Shown: positions 10,369 through 20,112 of the stretch, one piece after another
Layout of the letters: each line of letters begins with the position of its first letter
How positions within the stretch are numbered: position 1 is the first letter of the stretch
Assembly (NCBI GenBank): GCA_016932785.1
Contig: JAFGCJ010000002.1
Span: 145,777-209,776, forward strand
From: Candidatus Dojkabacteria bacterium
GTDB taxonomy: Bacteria > Patescibacteriota > Dojkabacteria > SC72 > JAFGCJ01
DNA: 64,000 bases
Reading direction: 5' to 3'
Notes under the pieces: model-generated
Database searches by the model: none
What the model was told of the DNA's origin: nothing
The model's input: the letters and a program-made list of their open reading frames with translations, nothing else
Translations under genes and position numbers: made by a program

Positions 10369-11109
10369 ATGAAGCATTCAATAATAGGAGATGACATGCA
10401 GGCACTGATCCTAGATCTCGATAAAGGAGAACAGATCTTTGCTGAAGCAGGATCAATGATGTACATGAAGGGTTCAGTAGAAATCGATGCTGAAATGAAG
10501 GGCGGATTTCTCGGCGGCGTCAAACGTCTCTTACAAAGAGAAAGTCTGTTCCTCGTAAGATTTGACAGCACCGGCGACGACGCAGAGGTTGCTTTTGCAC
10601 CTCCATATCCAGGACATATTAAACACGTAGAGATGAATGGAAATACATTAGTATGTCAAAAAGATGCATTCATTTGCTCAGTTGGGAATATCGAGTCAGA
10701 TATAACATTTGTAAAGAGACTCGGGTTCGGATTCTTCGGAGGCGAAGGATTTATCCTACAAAAGATCACAGGAAAGGGAGACCTGTTTATTCATGCAGGA
10801 GGCAATTTCGTAGAAAAAGAACTTGCAGAAAACGAAGAGATAAAGGTTGATACCGGATGTATAGTAGCCATGGATGAAAGTGTCGACTATGATATTAAAT
10901 CTGTAGGCAACATAAAAACAAGCATTTTCGCTGGCGAAGGGTTATTTGTTGCTCATCTGAAGGGACCAGGGAAAGTGTGGCTTCAGACTCTTCCTTTCTC
11001 AAGAATGGCTGAAAAAATAGCGAGTGCGGTAGGGCGATCAAAAGGTGAAAGCCGAGGAGCTGCAGGAGTAGGAGGAGAGATCTTCAAATCGATTGTGAGC
11101 GGTCATTAG
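10369..11109 (+). CDS. AIM24/DUF124 (TIGR00266-like) family protein
   Basis: 246 aa. The pattern (LDLDKGEQIFAEAGSMMYM ... GEGFILQKITGKGDLFIHAGG ... GPGKVWLQTLP) matches my memory of the AIM24 family. Confidence 0.65.
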   Translation: MKHSIIGDDMQALILDLDKGEQIFAEAGSMMYMKGSVEIDAEMKGGFLGGVKRLLQRESLFLVRFDSTGDDAEVAFAPPYPGHIKHVEMNGNTLVCQKDAFICSVGNIESDITFVKRLGFGFFGGEGFILQKITGKGDLFIHAGGNFVEKELAENEEIKVDTGCIVAMDESVDYDIKSVGNIKTSIFAGEGLFVAHLKGPGKVWLQTLPFSRMAEKIASAVGRSKGESRGAAGVGGEIFKSIVSGH

Positions 11110-11960
11110 AAATTCTCTTCAGGAGACCCTCCCAAGAGGTTTCCAGCTCTTGCCGCCTCGAACAGAAAACTGAACGCATAACCCGCATATTTTTTATGAA
11201 TTCCTTGTGCGCAACTCTGTTGCTCTGAGTATTTTGTACTACAATCAATTCCGTAGATTTGACCAAAAATTCTTTTTGTCCAAACATCAATTGGAACCCT
11301 CTCAAGTCTATTATAGGCAAAAAGAAGGACACAATCTGCAATTTTGTCGCCAACTCCATACAAACCAGTTAGTTCCTCATGAGCCGCCTGACTCTCCAAA
11401 TCATTGAGTGAATCAAGAAAATTCGAATCTGCAACACATTTGGCTGCTGATATTATGTACTTACCACGGAAACCTACACCTGCCTTCATAATTTCTTTTT
11501 CGGTAAGTCCAGCTAGGACTTCGGGTCTAGGAAAAGAATAGTAGCTATCCCCTATTTCCTCTCCCCAGAGTTTACTCATTTTTTCGATCTGTCCACGGAT
11601 GTTCCTGATGCTATTATTTGCAGAATCGATAAAAGAAATCAGCATCTCATAAGGTTCCTGACGGAGAATCCGATATCCGCTAAAGTCTTCAAGAGTTTTT
11701 TTAACATTTATATCCTCTGAAATTTCTGCAAGAACCTTTTCATAGTCTTCATCAATTGCAAGATAGTGCGAAAGGAGATCTCTACTAATCTCACCTTCAA
11801 TAACATCAACTGAAAGCCCAGCCGGCGTTCCTTCCACCTTTACGACGGAATTCCCTACAACACCAACATATTTAGATCCCAATTTATTCCATCTAAATGC
11901 CTGCCCAGAAAGCAGAGTTCTTTCCAGAGAATAGTTTTTTACTTGAAAGAAATGCTTCAT
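11106..11960 (-). CDS. 8-oxoguanine DNA glycosylase/AP lyase (Ogg, HhH-GPD)
   Basis: 284 aa. The N-terminus has LLSGQAFRW. The HhH-GPD element YGVGDKIADCVLLF carries the catalytic Lys, followed by the VPIDVW Asp. Confidence 0.75.
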   Translation of the reverse strand: MKHFFQVKNYSLERTLLSGQAFRWNKLGSKYVGVVGNSVVKVEGTPAGLSVDVIEGEISRDLLSHYLAIDEDYEKVLAEISEDINVKKTLEDFSGYRILRQEPYEMLISFIDSANNSIRNIRGQIEKMSKLWGEEIGDSYYSFPRPEVLAGLTEKEIMKAGVGFRGKYIISAAKCVADSNFLDSLNDLESQAAHEELTGLYGVGDKIADCVLLFAYNRLERVPIDVWTKRIFGQIYGIDCSTKYSEQQSCAQGIHKKYAGYAFSFLFEAARAGNLLGGSPEENF

Positions 11961-12127
11961 CTCTATAAAAAAACGTTAAAAGTTGTCAGCAGACCTATTT
12001 TCCTAGATAAAAGGTCTACCAAAATTTCGCATTAAATATTATCTATAATATAAACAATATTCAAAGAATTGACACAGGTACTATACCACTATTAGGATGT
12101 ATCTATCAAAACTGCTCAACTCCGATA

Positions 12128-13927
12128 ATGGCTTACTACAACTCTTCAAAAGTCGACTCTGTCGATCTGATAAATAAGTACTTGGAAGAACTTGACTGGC
12201 AGGTAAAACAGGATGCCAATGTTTCCTACTCGTTTCCCGGTCTAATGAACTACTTAGCCGAAGATCTGATAAAGAGATACTCTCTTATTCACCTACTTCC
12301 GCCAAAAGCCGCACAAGCCCACAATGACGGCGACATATATATTCATGACCTTGGCAAGAACATTGTGGGATACTGTTCAGGATGGGATCTCAGGCGAATT
12401 CTTAAGGAAGGACTTACTGGTATCCCAGACAAAACATCAGCAGGTCCGGCGAAACATTTTCAAACAGCAATAGATCACGCGGCTAGATTCATTCTCATTG
12501 TATGCAATGAATGGGCAGGAGCACAGGCACTATCATCTATTGATACCCTACTTGCTCCTTTCATTTTTTATGATAATTTAACATTCAAGGCAATTAAAAG
12601 CGGTATCCAGAGTTTTATGTATAATCTCGGCATATCGACCAGATATGGGGGGCAGGTCCCATTTTCTAACATAACTCTGGATTGGACTGTTCCTGAAGAT
12701 CTAAAAGATGAACCGGTTATCATAGGAGGTAAGACAATCGACCGGACATATGGTGAATTCCAAAGAGAGATGGACCTATTTAACAAGGCACTAATAGAAG
12801 TCTACATGGAGGGAGACTACCTGGGCCAGCCATTCTCATTTCCAATACCAACTTACAACATCACCAAGGATTTTGATTGGGATAGCCCTAACGCTGATCT
12901 TCTTTTTGAAATGACTGCAAAATACGGAAACCCATACTTTCAAAATTTTGTTAACTCTGATCTAAAACCAACAGATGTTAGAGCCATGTGTTGCAGATTA
13001 CAAATGGACATGACACAACTAGTAAAAAAGACTGGCGGACACTGGGCAACCGGGGCTTCGACAGGTTCAGTAGGAGTAGTCGACATTAACATCCCAAGAA
13101 TTGCATACACATCAAAGGGCTCAGAAAAGACATTCTTCAAAGAAGTCGATAAGAATATGGACATAGCAAAAGACGTCCTGGAGCACAAAAGGAAAATAAT
13201 TCAGGAAAATCTAGAAAGAGGTTTAATACCATATACCAAACGCTACCTTGGCTCATTTGATCGTCACTTTTCAACCATAGGACTTATTGGCGTAAATGAG
13301 GCAATTGAGAACATGTTCAGCGAGAACATAGCATCAGAAAAAGGGAGAAAGTTTGCATTGAAAATCCTCAATCATATGAAAGATCGGCTCGTGAAGTTTC
13401 AGAAGGAAACCGACAATCTATACAACCTTGAGGCCACTCCAAACGAAAGCGCAAGTTATATGCTAGCAAAGAAAGACCGAGAGAAATTTTCGAAGATCAA
13501 GACTGCAGGGAACGGAACCCCGTATTATACAAACTCAACATACCTACCCGTTGGCTACACAGACGACGTATTTGAAGCATTAGATCTACAGGAGGAATTG
13601 CAAAGCGCATACACCGGTGGAACAGTGTTCCATGTATTTATGGGAGAAAGACTTGCCAACGCACAGGAATGCAAGGCGTTAGTCAAGAAGATATCACATA
13701 ACTACAAACTCCCATATTTTTCAATTACTCCGACCTTTTCTGTTTGTCCGGACCACGGATATATAAAAGGAGAAGCCCCAAAATGCCCCAACAAAGATAA
13801 GAACGGCAGAACATGCAAGCAAAAGCCTCTTGTATACTCACGCGTTGTGGGATACTATAGACCCGTCCAACAATGGAACAAGGGTAAATCTCAGGAATTT
13901 AAAGAACGAAAGACTTATAAATGTTAA
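12128..13927 (+). CDS. nrdD: Anaerobic ribonucleoside-triphosphate reductase, paralog 1 (no ATP-cone)
   Basis: 599 aa. It has the MCCRLQ active-site region. The C-terminal glycyl-radical motif is SRVVGYYRPVQQWNKGK, preceded by CPDH..KCP..TC. Confidence 0.9.
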   Translation: MAYYNSSKVDSVDLINKYLEELDWQVKQDANVSYSFPGLMNYLAEDLIKRYSLIHLLPPKAAQAHNDGDIYIHDLGKNIVGYCSGWDLRRILKEGLTGIPDKTSAGPAKHFQTAIDHAARFILIVCNEWAGAQALSSIDTLLAPFIFYDNLTFKAIKSGIQSFMYNLGISTRYGGQVPFSNITLDWTVPEDLKDEPVIIGGKTIDRTYGEFQREMDLFNKALIEVYMEGDYLGQPFSFPIPTYNITKDFDWDSPNADLLFEMTAKYGNPYFQNFVNSDLKPTDVRAMCCRLQMDMTQLVKKTGGHWATGASTGSVGVVDINIPRIAYTSKGSEKTFFKEVDKNMDIAKDVLEHKRKIIQENLERGLIPYTKRYLGSFDRHFSTIGLIGVNEAIENMFSENIASEKGRKFALKILNHMKDRLVKFQKETDNLYNLEATPNESASYMLAKKDREKFSKIKTAGNGTPYYTNSTYLPVGYTDDVFEALDLQEELQSAYTGGTVFHVFMGERLANAQECKALVKKISHNYKLPYFSITPTFSVCPDHGYIKGEAPKCPNKDKNGRTCKQKPLVYSRVVGYYRPVQQWNKGKSQEFKERKTYKC

Positions 13928-13938
13928 CCCGTTAAACC

Positions 13939-16062
13939 ATGTCACCCTTAGATAGCAAGAAGAAAATTGAAAAAAGAGATGGACAGATTGTGAATTTCGA
14001 CAGGAGCAAAATTATTGTCGCAATTCAGAAGGCAATGCGGGCCGTAGGATTCAAAGACTTCAGAAAAGCGGACACCGTAGCTACTGATGTAGAAAAAGAA
14101 TTAAAAAAAGATTACTTTGATAAAAGCAAAATTCCAACAGTCGAAAACATTCAAGATCTCGTCGAAAAATACCTTATTCTCAACCGACTTCCCGATGTTG
14201 CCAAGTCATATATTCTTTATAGAGACCTACACTCTAGAATTAGAAATATTAACGATTTTGTAGACATCGCCACCCTTACAGAGGAATATATAAACACTTC
14301 CGATTGGAAAACCAAAGAAAATTCATCAATAGATTACTCTCTTTCTGGCTTATACAACCATATCCAGAGAACTATTGGCGAAATTTACTGGCTAAATAGG
14401 ATTTTCGATGAAGAAATCCGAAAATTGAATGAAAATAATGATTTTCATATACATAAACTTGCAGCAATAAGCGCTTATTGTGCAGGCTGGGACCTGATGG
14501 ATCTGCTCGTATCAGGCTTCGGAGGCGTCCCACGGAAGCTCTCCTGCTCTCCTCCAAAGCATTTTTCCACTGCCTTATCCCAATTAGTTAACTTTCTCTT
14601 CACCCTCTCGAACGAGACCCCAGAAGGGGCCGTAGCAGTTTCAAGCCTTGATACCCTAATTGCACCTTTTATTTACTACGATAAGCTAACAGAAAAACAG
14701 GTACACCAACATATACAAGAGTTCATTTTCAATATAAACGTACCCACCAAGGTTGGCGGACAGGCCCCATTTACAAACGTAACCTTAGATCTAGAATGTC
14801 CTTCACATCTTAAAGAGGAACCCGTCGTGATCGGAGGAAAAACCATGGACAGAAAATACGGAGAATTCCAAAAAGAAATGGATATGTTTAACAAGCATTT
14901 TGCCCAAGTAATTATGGCGGGCGACAGCTCGGGGAGAGTTTTCTCTTTTCCGATTCCAACCTACAATATTACAAAAGACTTTAACTGGGACAACAAAATC
15001 CTCAATCCTATTTGGGAGATGACAGCGAAATATGGTACTCCCTACTTTGCTAATTTCGTTAACAGCGACATGCATCCCGATGATGTACGCTCTATGTGCT
15101 GCAGACTTCAAATCGACAAAAGAGAATTACAAAAAAGAGGAGGAGGCTATTTTGGAGCAAATCCTCTAACCGGAAGTATCGGCTATGTCACAATCAATTT
15201 ACCGCGTTTAGGATATCTTTACAAAGGAAAGAAAAAAGAACTGTATGAGAGGCTGGAATATCTCATGGAAAAAGCCGCTGAGAGCCTTATTATAAAGAGG
15301 AAGACCCTCGAGAAACTTACCGACCAGGGTTTATATCCATACTCAAAACATTATCTTAGAAGTGTAAAGCAGAGAACTGGAGAATACTGGGGAAATCACT
15401 TTAATACAATAGGAATTATTGGGATGAACGAATGTTGCCTGAACTACAATGGAAAGGATCTAACAACAAAGGAGGGCCAAACGTTTGCTATCGAGATGAT
15501 AGATTTTATGAATCAGAAGCTCAAGGAGTTTCAGAAAGAGCATGGTCAGATGTATAATCTTGAAGCTTCTCCAGCTGAGGGCACATCATACAGACTCGCC
15601 CGGGCTGATAAGAAAAAATACTCCGATATAATTGTCGCCAACGAAAAAGACTATCAGGAAAATGGTGCCGAACCATACTATACAAATTCAACACAACTAC
15701 CAGTTGGTTTTACAGATGACATATTCTCAGCTTTAGATTTGCAGGACGAATTACAGAGCAAATATACTGGTGGAACTGTTTTTCATGGATTTCTTGGTGA
15801 GAGGCTTCCAGACATAGCAACAACCAAAAGCCTCGTTAAGAAGATATCCAAACACTATAGACTACCCTATTTTACAATCACTCCAACATTTTCCATTTGC
15901 CCAGAAGATGGATATCTATCAGGTGAAGTATGGACCTGCCCAAAGTGCCAAGGAGAATGTGAAGTTTACTCACGTATTGTAGGAAAGATTCATCCCGTCC
16001 AAAACTGGAACGCGGGAAAGCGATCAGAATTCAAGGAAAGACGAACATTCCAATCCTGCTAA
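13939..16062 (+). CDS. nrdD: Anaerobic ribonucleoside-triphosphate reductase, paralog 2 (with N-terminal ATP-cone)
   Basis: 707 aa. The N-terminal ATP-cone is IEKRDGQIVNFDRSKI. The sequence is collinear with paralog 1 (FSFPIPTYNITKDF, MCCRLQ). The C-terminus reads CPEDG..CPKCQGEC..SRIVGKIHPVQNWNAGK. Confidence 0.9.
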   Translation: MSPLDSKKKIEKRDGQIVNFDRSKIIVAIQKAMRAVGFKDFRKADTVATDVEKELKKDYFDKSKIPTVENIQDLVEKYLILNRLPDVAKSYILYRDLHSRIRNINDFVDIATLTEEYINTSDWKTKENSSIDYSLSGLYNHIQRTIGEIYWLNRIFDEEIRKLNENNDFHIHKLAAISAYCAGWDLMDLLVSGFGGVPRKLSCSPPKHFSTALSQLVNFLFTLSNETPEGAVAVSSLDTLIAPFIYYDKLTEKQVHQHIQEFIFNINVPTKVGGQAPFTNVTLDLECPSHLKEEPVVIGGKTMDRKYGEFQKEMDMFNKHFAQVIMAGDSSGRVFSFPIPTYNITKDFNWDNKILNPIWEMTAKYGTPYFANFVNSDMHPDDVRSMCCRLQIDKRELQKRGGGYFGANPLTGSIGYVTINLPRLGYLYKGKKKELYERLEYLMEKAAESLIIKRKTLEKLTDQGLYPYSKHYLRSVKQRTGEYWGNHFNTIGIIGMNECCLNYNGKDLTTKEGQTFAIEMIDFMNQKLKEFQKEHGQMYNLEASPAEGTSYRLARADKKKYSDIIVANEKDYQENGAEPYYTNSTQLPVGFTDDIFSALDLQDELQSKYTGGTVFHGFLGERLPDIATTKSLVKKISKHYRLPYFTITPTFSICPEDGYLSGEVWTCPKCQGECEVYSRIVGKIHPVQNWNAGKRSEFKERRTFQSC

Positions 16063-16063
16063 A

Positions 16064-16771
16064 ATGAAATTCTACGGTCTAAAAAAAGTAACACTAATTG
16101 ATTATCCTGGCAAAATTGCCTGTACACTTTTTACACACGGATGTAATTTCAGATGTCCTTTCTGTCATAACCCTGAGCTTGTAATTCAAAAACCAGATAA
16201 CAAAAACTCAATAAGCAGTAATCGCGTACTAAATTTCTTATCAAAAAGAAAAGGGAAACTTGATGGAGTTGTCCTTACTGGAGGAGAGCCTCTGCTTGGA
16301 TTCGCTGATATGATACCGTTCATCAGAGAAGTCAAGAAACTTGGTTTTTTCGTTAAGATTGACACAAACGGTACAAGTCCTAGTGCTGTAGAGCAATTAA
16401 TAAAGAAGAAACTTGTGGATTTTTTTGCAGTAGATTACAAATGTACTCCTCAGAACTATGAAATAATGCATGCAAGTTCAAACGACTTTGATTCCTTCAT
16501 GAAGACACTCTCAATCATTGTTGACTCAGGAATAACACACGAAATAAGAACCACGGTAGTACGAGGTTTGCATGACGAAAACGAGATTAAAGAGATGATG
16601 CCTTTAATAAGAGGTGTTGAGAAATATGTTATCCAGAACTTTGTTCCAAGCAAAACAATTGATCCAGATTATGCCAATTTAAAAGGATTTACTCACAACG
16701 AACTTGAAGTTTTATTAAAAATAGCCAAAAGAACAGTAAAAAATACCGAGATAAGAAATGACTTCGAGTAG
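16064..16771 (+). CDS. nrdG: Anaerobic RNR activating enzyme (radical SAM)
   Basis: 235 aa. It has the CNFRCPFCHN CxxxCxxC cluster and GGEP. It starts 1 nt after the nrdD-2 stop. Confidence 0.85.
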   Translation: MKFYGLKKVTLIDYPGKIACTLFTHGCNFRCPFCHNPELVIQKPDNKNSISSNRVLNFLSKRKGKLDGVVLTGGEPLLGFADMIPFIREVKKLGFFVKIDTNGTSPSAVEQLIKKKLVDFFAVDYKCTPQNYEIMHASSNDFDSFMKTLSIIVDSGITHEIRTTVVRGLHDENEIKEMMPLIRGVEKYVIQNFVPSKTIDPDYANLKGFTHNELEVLLKIAKRTVKNTEIRNDFE

Positions 16772-16788
16772 AATACATCCTCAAGACT

Positions 16789-17880
16789 CTATAAACTCAT
16801 TGCCAACAATATTCCAGCCAATCCTGCCCCTATCGCAATGAAATAAAATCTCATCACAATCTTTTCCTGGCTCCAACCAAGAACTTCAAAGTGATGGTGT
16901 ATTGGAGCCATTTTAAATATCTTCTTCAGGAGAAAAACAGAAGAAAGCCATTGAAGAATGCTGGAAAGAACCTCCGCTACAAAAATAAATCCTATTATAG
17001 GCGTAATCAAGGATCGTTCTGTCAGCATTGCAACATATACGAACAGCATACCTAGAGGAATAGTTCCTATATCTCCCATTTCAACACGCGCAGGAGGAAT
17101 ATTAAAGTAATAAAACGTTAGTTCTGATCCAACAATTAGCATGCAAAAGAGAGAAACACTTTCATAACCTAACATGGCGGCAAGAATACCCATAAGTGCA
17201 AAACCTATTGCGTGGGTGCCAGCCGAGAGAGCATCGAGCCCGTCGGTAACAGAAAATCCCATGGAAAAAAGCACCAATAAACATGAGTTCACAACAACAG
17301 AAAACCATCCCAGATCGACTATGCCAACGATTGGAATCCACATCTCTCCTCCAAACCCAAGATAGAAAAGGTAAGCTATCAAAACTGATAGCAGAATCTC
17401 AAAAAAAAGCTTCTGTGAAGCCCTCATTCCAGTCTGATAGCTACCTGCTTCATCAACCGAGCCAGTAAAGACCCTGGCAGGCCAAGTAATATAGCGAAAC
17501 AAAGTCCAAGTAAAAAAGTTACGGTATATTATCGGATTAACTTTTTCATAAACTTCTACATTGTTTCTTTTCTCTCTAGAAAAAACATTCATGAAATCGT
17601 CCACAAAACCAAGTCCCCCGCCCAAACCAAAGATTATAACGGGAATATATCCAAGTTTCTGGTAAAGACCAAGAACAAAATAAAGCGATATAACAGAGAT
17701 TAAGATCATTAATCCTCCCATGACTGGCACCCCAATCTTTTTTTTACGTTCCTTTATCACCTGATCTACTTCGTCTTTTCCTTTCTGACGAAATTTCAGA
17801 CTGTAAAGAATGTTTATTATCGCTGGTGCAATAAAGAAGGTTGCCACCAGTGAGAGTAATATATACTGAATCTGTTTCAT
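16789..17880 (-). CDS. mraY: Phospho-N-acetylmuramoyl-pentapeptide transferase MraY
   Basis: 363 aa and polytopic. Motifs include VPVMGG, DDFMNV, TDGLDAL and APIHHHFE. Confidence 0.9.
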   Translation of the reverse strand: MKQIQYILLSLVATFFIAPAIINILYSLKFRQKGKDEVDQVIKERKKKIGVPVMGGLMILISVISLYFVLGLYQKLGYIPVIIFGLGGGLGFVDDFMNVFSREKRNNVEVYEKVNPIIYRNFFTWTLFRYITWPARVFTGSVDEAGSYQTGMRASQKLFFEILLSVLIAYLFYLGFGGEMWIPIVGIVDLGWFSVVVNSCLLVLFSMGFSVTDGLDALSAGTHAIGFALMGILAAMLGYESVSLFCMLIVGSELTFYYFNIPPARVEMGDIGTIPLGMLFVYVAMLTERSLITPIIGFIFVAEVLSSILQWLSSVFLLKKIFKMAPIHHHFEVLGWSQEKIVMRFYFIAIGAGLAGILLAMSL

Positions 17881-17885
17881 AATTT

Positions 17886-19370
17886 CTATATATTATATAT
17901 ATCAGGTAGATCGTTCTCCAGCACAACTACCGATGGGATGAGATTTCTCGCAAGTATCTCATCATAACAGGATGCTATATCCTTTATAAGAACGATATTT
18001 TCATCAGGATAACCTGCTTTTTTCAGGCCACTTCTAAGACCTCTTATTCTGTCATTATCTTCTTCTTTTCCAAGCAGAATTACTAAATTGATATCATCAG
18101 TGACAAGAGATCCTAGCTTTTCGTGTACCTTATATTCGATATCTCCTAACTCAAAAATCCCAGGGGTAACAAGAACCTTGTAAGAAGCCTCAAATAGCTT
18201 CAACGTCTCAAGGGTTTGTTTAAAACTTTCAGGATTTGAGCTATATCCGTTATTTATAGTAACTATACCCGTACCTTGATCTATTACCTGCATTCTGCTT
18301 TCAATAGGCTCCAGATCAGCCACAGCACTGACAATATCATTTGCAGATACTCCAAACTCTTTAGCAACTGCTATTGCTCCAAGTATATTGGTAATATTTC
18401 CTGTCCCAATGAGTTTAGTTTGAGCTTCGACAGTTTCAGATCCCAACTTTATCTGAAATCTCGTTCCATCCTTGGTCATTTCCATTATTCTTCCATCATA
18501 TCTTCCCGCACTGTTAAGTCCATATCCAATAACCTCGAGTCGGCCCAAATCTTTTTCTCTATCGAAAATTTCCTTAACATGCCGATTGGATACATTCAAA
18601 AATGCCTTTGAGCCGTCACTAAGTCCCTCAAGAATCTCAGATTTGGCTTTAATTGTATTTTCAAGCGAGCCAAATTTCTCGTAATGCATAGTTGTAATTC
18701 CCGTTAAAACAGCAAAGTCCGGAGGAAACGCGCGACACAGTTCTTCTATCTCTCCAATACAATAGGCTCCCATCTCAACCAAGAAGACCTCAATCTCTTC
18801 GTTCAAATATTCCATTACATCAGATACAAATCCGAGTTTAAACTTTGCCTGGGCTATACCAAAAAGAGTATTATAGCTTTTCGGGGTAGCATATACTTTG
18901 AATTTTTTCTCTAAAAGTACAGAAATGAAATGCTTCGTCGACGTTTTTCCAAAACTACCTGTTAATCCGATAACCTTCATACCCATTTTCTTAAGACTCT
19001 GAACCCTCTTTCTGGACATCCTTATTACAATGTTCCTATTAATTTTTTCACGTGGCGACACAATGTAGTAAGCAATAATAATATAGACCCACGGTGCAAC
19101 CAGGAAAAACCCCGTAAAAATAGCTAAAACAGCCCAAAGTTTCAGCAGACCACAAATCAAACCCAAAAAAACGAAAACCAGTACTGACACAACAAATAAA
19201 AGTTTCGCCCTAAATGTCCAATCCAGTCTTCTTATCTTTTCAACATTCCAAGGGACAGGATTACGAATTATGAGACGAAGAAAGCGACCAACAACATACT
19301 CCTCCGACTGAAATAAATATAAAAATGATCTAAGGAAAAAGAGATTTTTAAGAATTTCTATTATTTTCAA
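17886..19370 (-). CDS. murF: Mur ligase (MurF-like UDP-MurNAc-tripeptide--D-Ala-D-Ala ligase) with N-terminal membrane segment
   Basis: 494 aa. The P-loop GLTGSFGKTSTK lies at about residue 135. It is preceded by hydrophobic stretches (LLFVVSVLVFVFLGLICGLL, VLAIFTGFFLVAPWVYIIIAYYIV). The gene lies next to mraY and ddl. Confidence 0.8.
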   Translation of the reverse strand: MKIIEILKNLFFLRSFLYLFQSEEYVVGRFLRLIIRNPVPWNVEKIRRLDWTFRAKLLFVVSVLVFVFLGLICGLLKLWAVLAIFTGFFLVAPWVYIIIAYYIVSPREKINRNIVIRMSRKRVQSLKKMGMKVIGLTGSFGKTSTKHFISVLLEKKFKVYATPKSYNTLFGIAQAKFKLGFVSDVMEYLNEEIEVFLVEMGAYCIGEIEELCRAFPPDFAVLTGITTMHYEKFGSLENTIKAKSEILEGLSDGSKAFLNVSNRHVKEIFDREKDLGRLEVIGYGLNSAGRYDGRIMEMTKDGTRFQIKLGSETVEAQTKLIGTGNITNILGAIAVAKEFGVSANDIVSAVADLEPIESRMQVIDQGTGIVTINNGYSSNPESFKQTLETLKLFEASYKVLVTPGIFELGDIEYKVHEKLGSLVTDDINLVILLGKEEDNDRIRGLRSGLKKAGYPDENIVLIKDIASCYDEILARNLIPSVVVLENDLPDIYNI

Positions 19371-20112
19371 TAAATTCCTTGACTAACTTAAAAAATATCT
19401 CTGGATAGTCCATAAAGGCAAAGTGTCCCGCACCCTTAATAATTTTGAGTTTAGATCCCTCTATTTCACGTGACATTTCAACACCATCAATGAGAGGAGT
19501 CTGAGAATCAGCATCACCCCAAATCAATAATGTAGGTATTTTAATTTCTTTTAAAATATGCCTTATGTCTTCACTGATTATTTTTCGAAAACTTTCCTTC
19601 ATCTCTCCAGACTGCAACTCATCTTCTGAGGCAATGAGGGATAGAAATTTCTCTCTTCTAGCAACATTTCTTCCAAATCCACCCAGCAATCCAAGTATAA
19701 ACTTTCCTATTTTTGCAAGAATAACCTTAAGAGTGACGCCCAGATAGAATCTTTTATAACCGGCACTTCCCGTAAGGACAAGCTCTTTCGCCAAGTGATA
19801 TTTAGCCTGCAAAATCAAGGCAACCTTACCTCCCAGAGAATGACCAAGAATTATCGGCCTTTCGATTTCTAGTTCTTCAAGAAATTTCTGAACAAGTTCT
19901 GCATAATACTCTGAATCTATGATCTCCCCTGGTATATCGCTCCCGCCAAATCCTGGTAAAGAAATAACAAAAACCTGAAGGCCCATACTAACAAGATCAG
20001 GAACATACTGAGCCCATGGCTCAGGTCCACCCCAGCCATGGATGAGAATTAACCTCTCACCTTGACCAAACACATCATATTGAACGTTTAGACCTTTGAA
20101 TTCAAAAATCAT
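19348..20112 (-). CDS. Alpha/beta-fold hydrolase
   Basis: 254 aa. It has the HGWGG oxyanion region, the nucleophile elbow GHSLGG and a late GAGHF His motif. It overlaps ddl (1 nt) and murF (23 nt). Confidence 0.75.
   Translation of the reverse strand: MIFEFKGLNVQYDVFGQGERLILIHGWGGPEPWAQYVPDLVSMGLQVFVISLPGFGGSDIPGEIIDSEYYAELVQKFLEELEIERPIILGHSLGGKVALILQAKYHLAKELVLTGSAGYKRFYLGVTLKVILAKIGKFILGLLGGFGRNVARREKFLSLIASEDELQSGEMKESFRKIISEDIRHILKEIKIPTLLIWGDADSQTPLIDGVEMSREIEGSKLKIIKGAGHFAFMDYPEIFFKLVKEFIENNRNS

Noticed and set aside
11961-12127. An NrdR box or other operator upstream of the nrdD genes.
   Set aside because: Only weak partial resemblance is present (aaacaatattc). There is no convincing 16-bp palindrome pair and no nrdR gene in the window. 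A TTGACA at 12069-12074 with TAGGAT 18 nt downstream is only a weak promoter guess.
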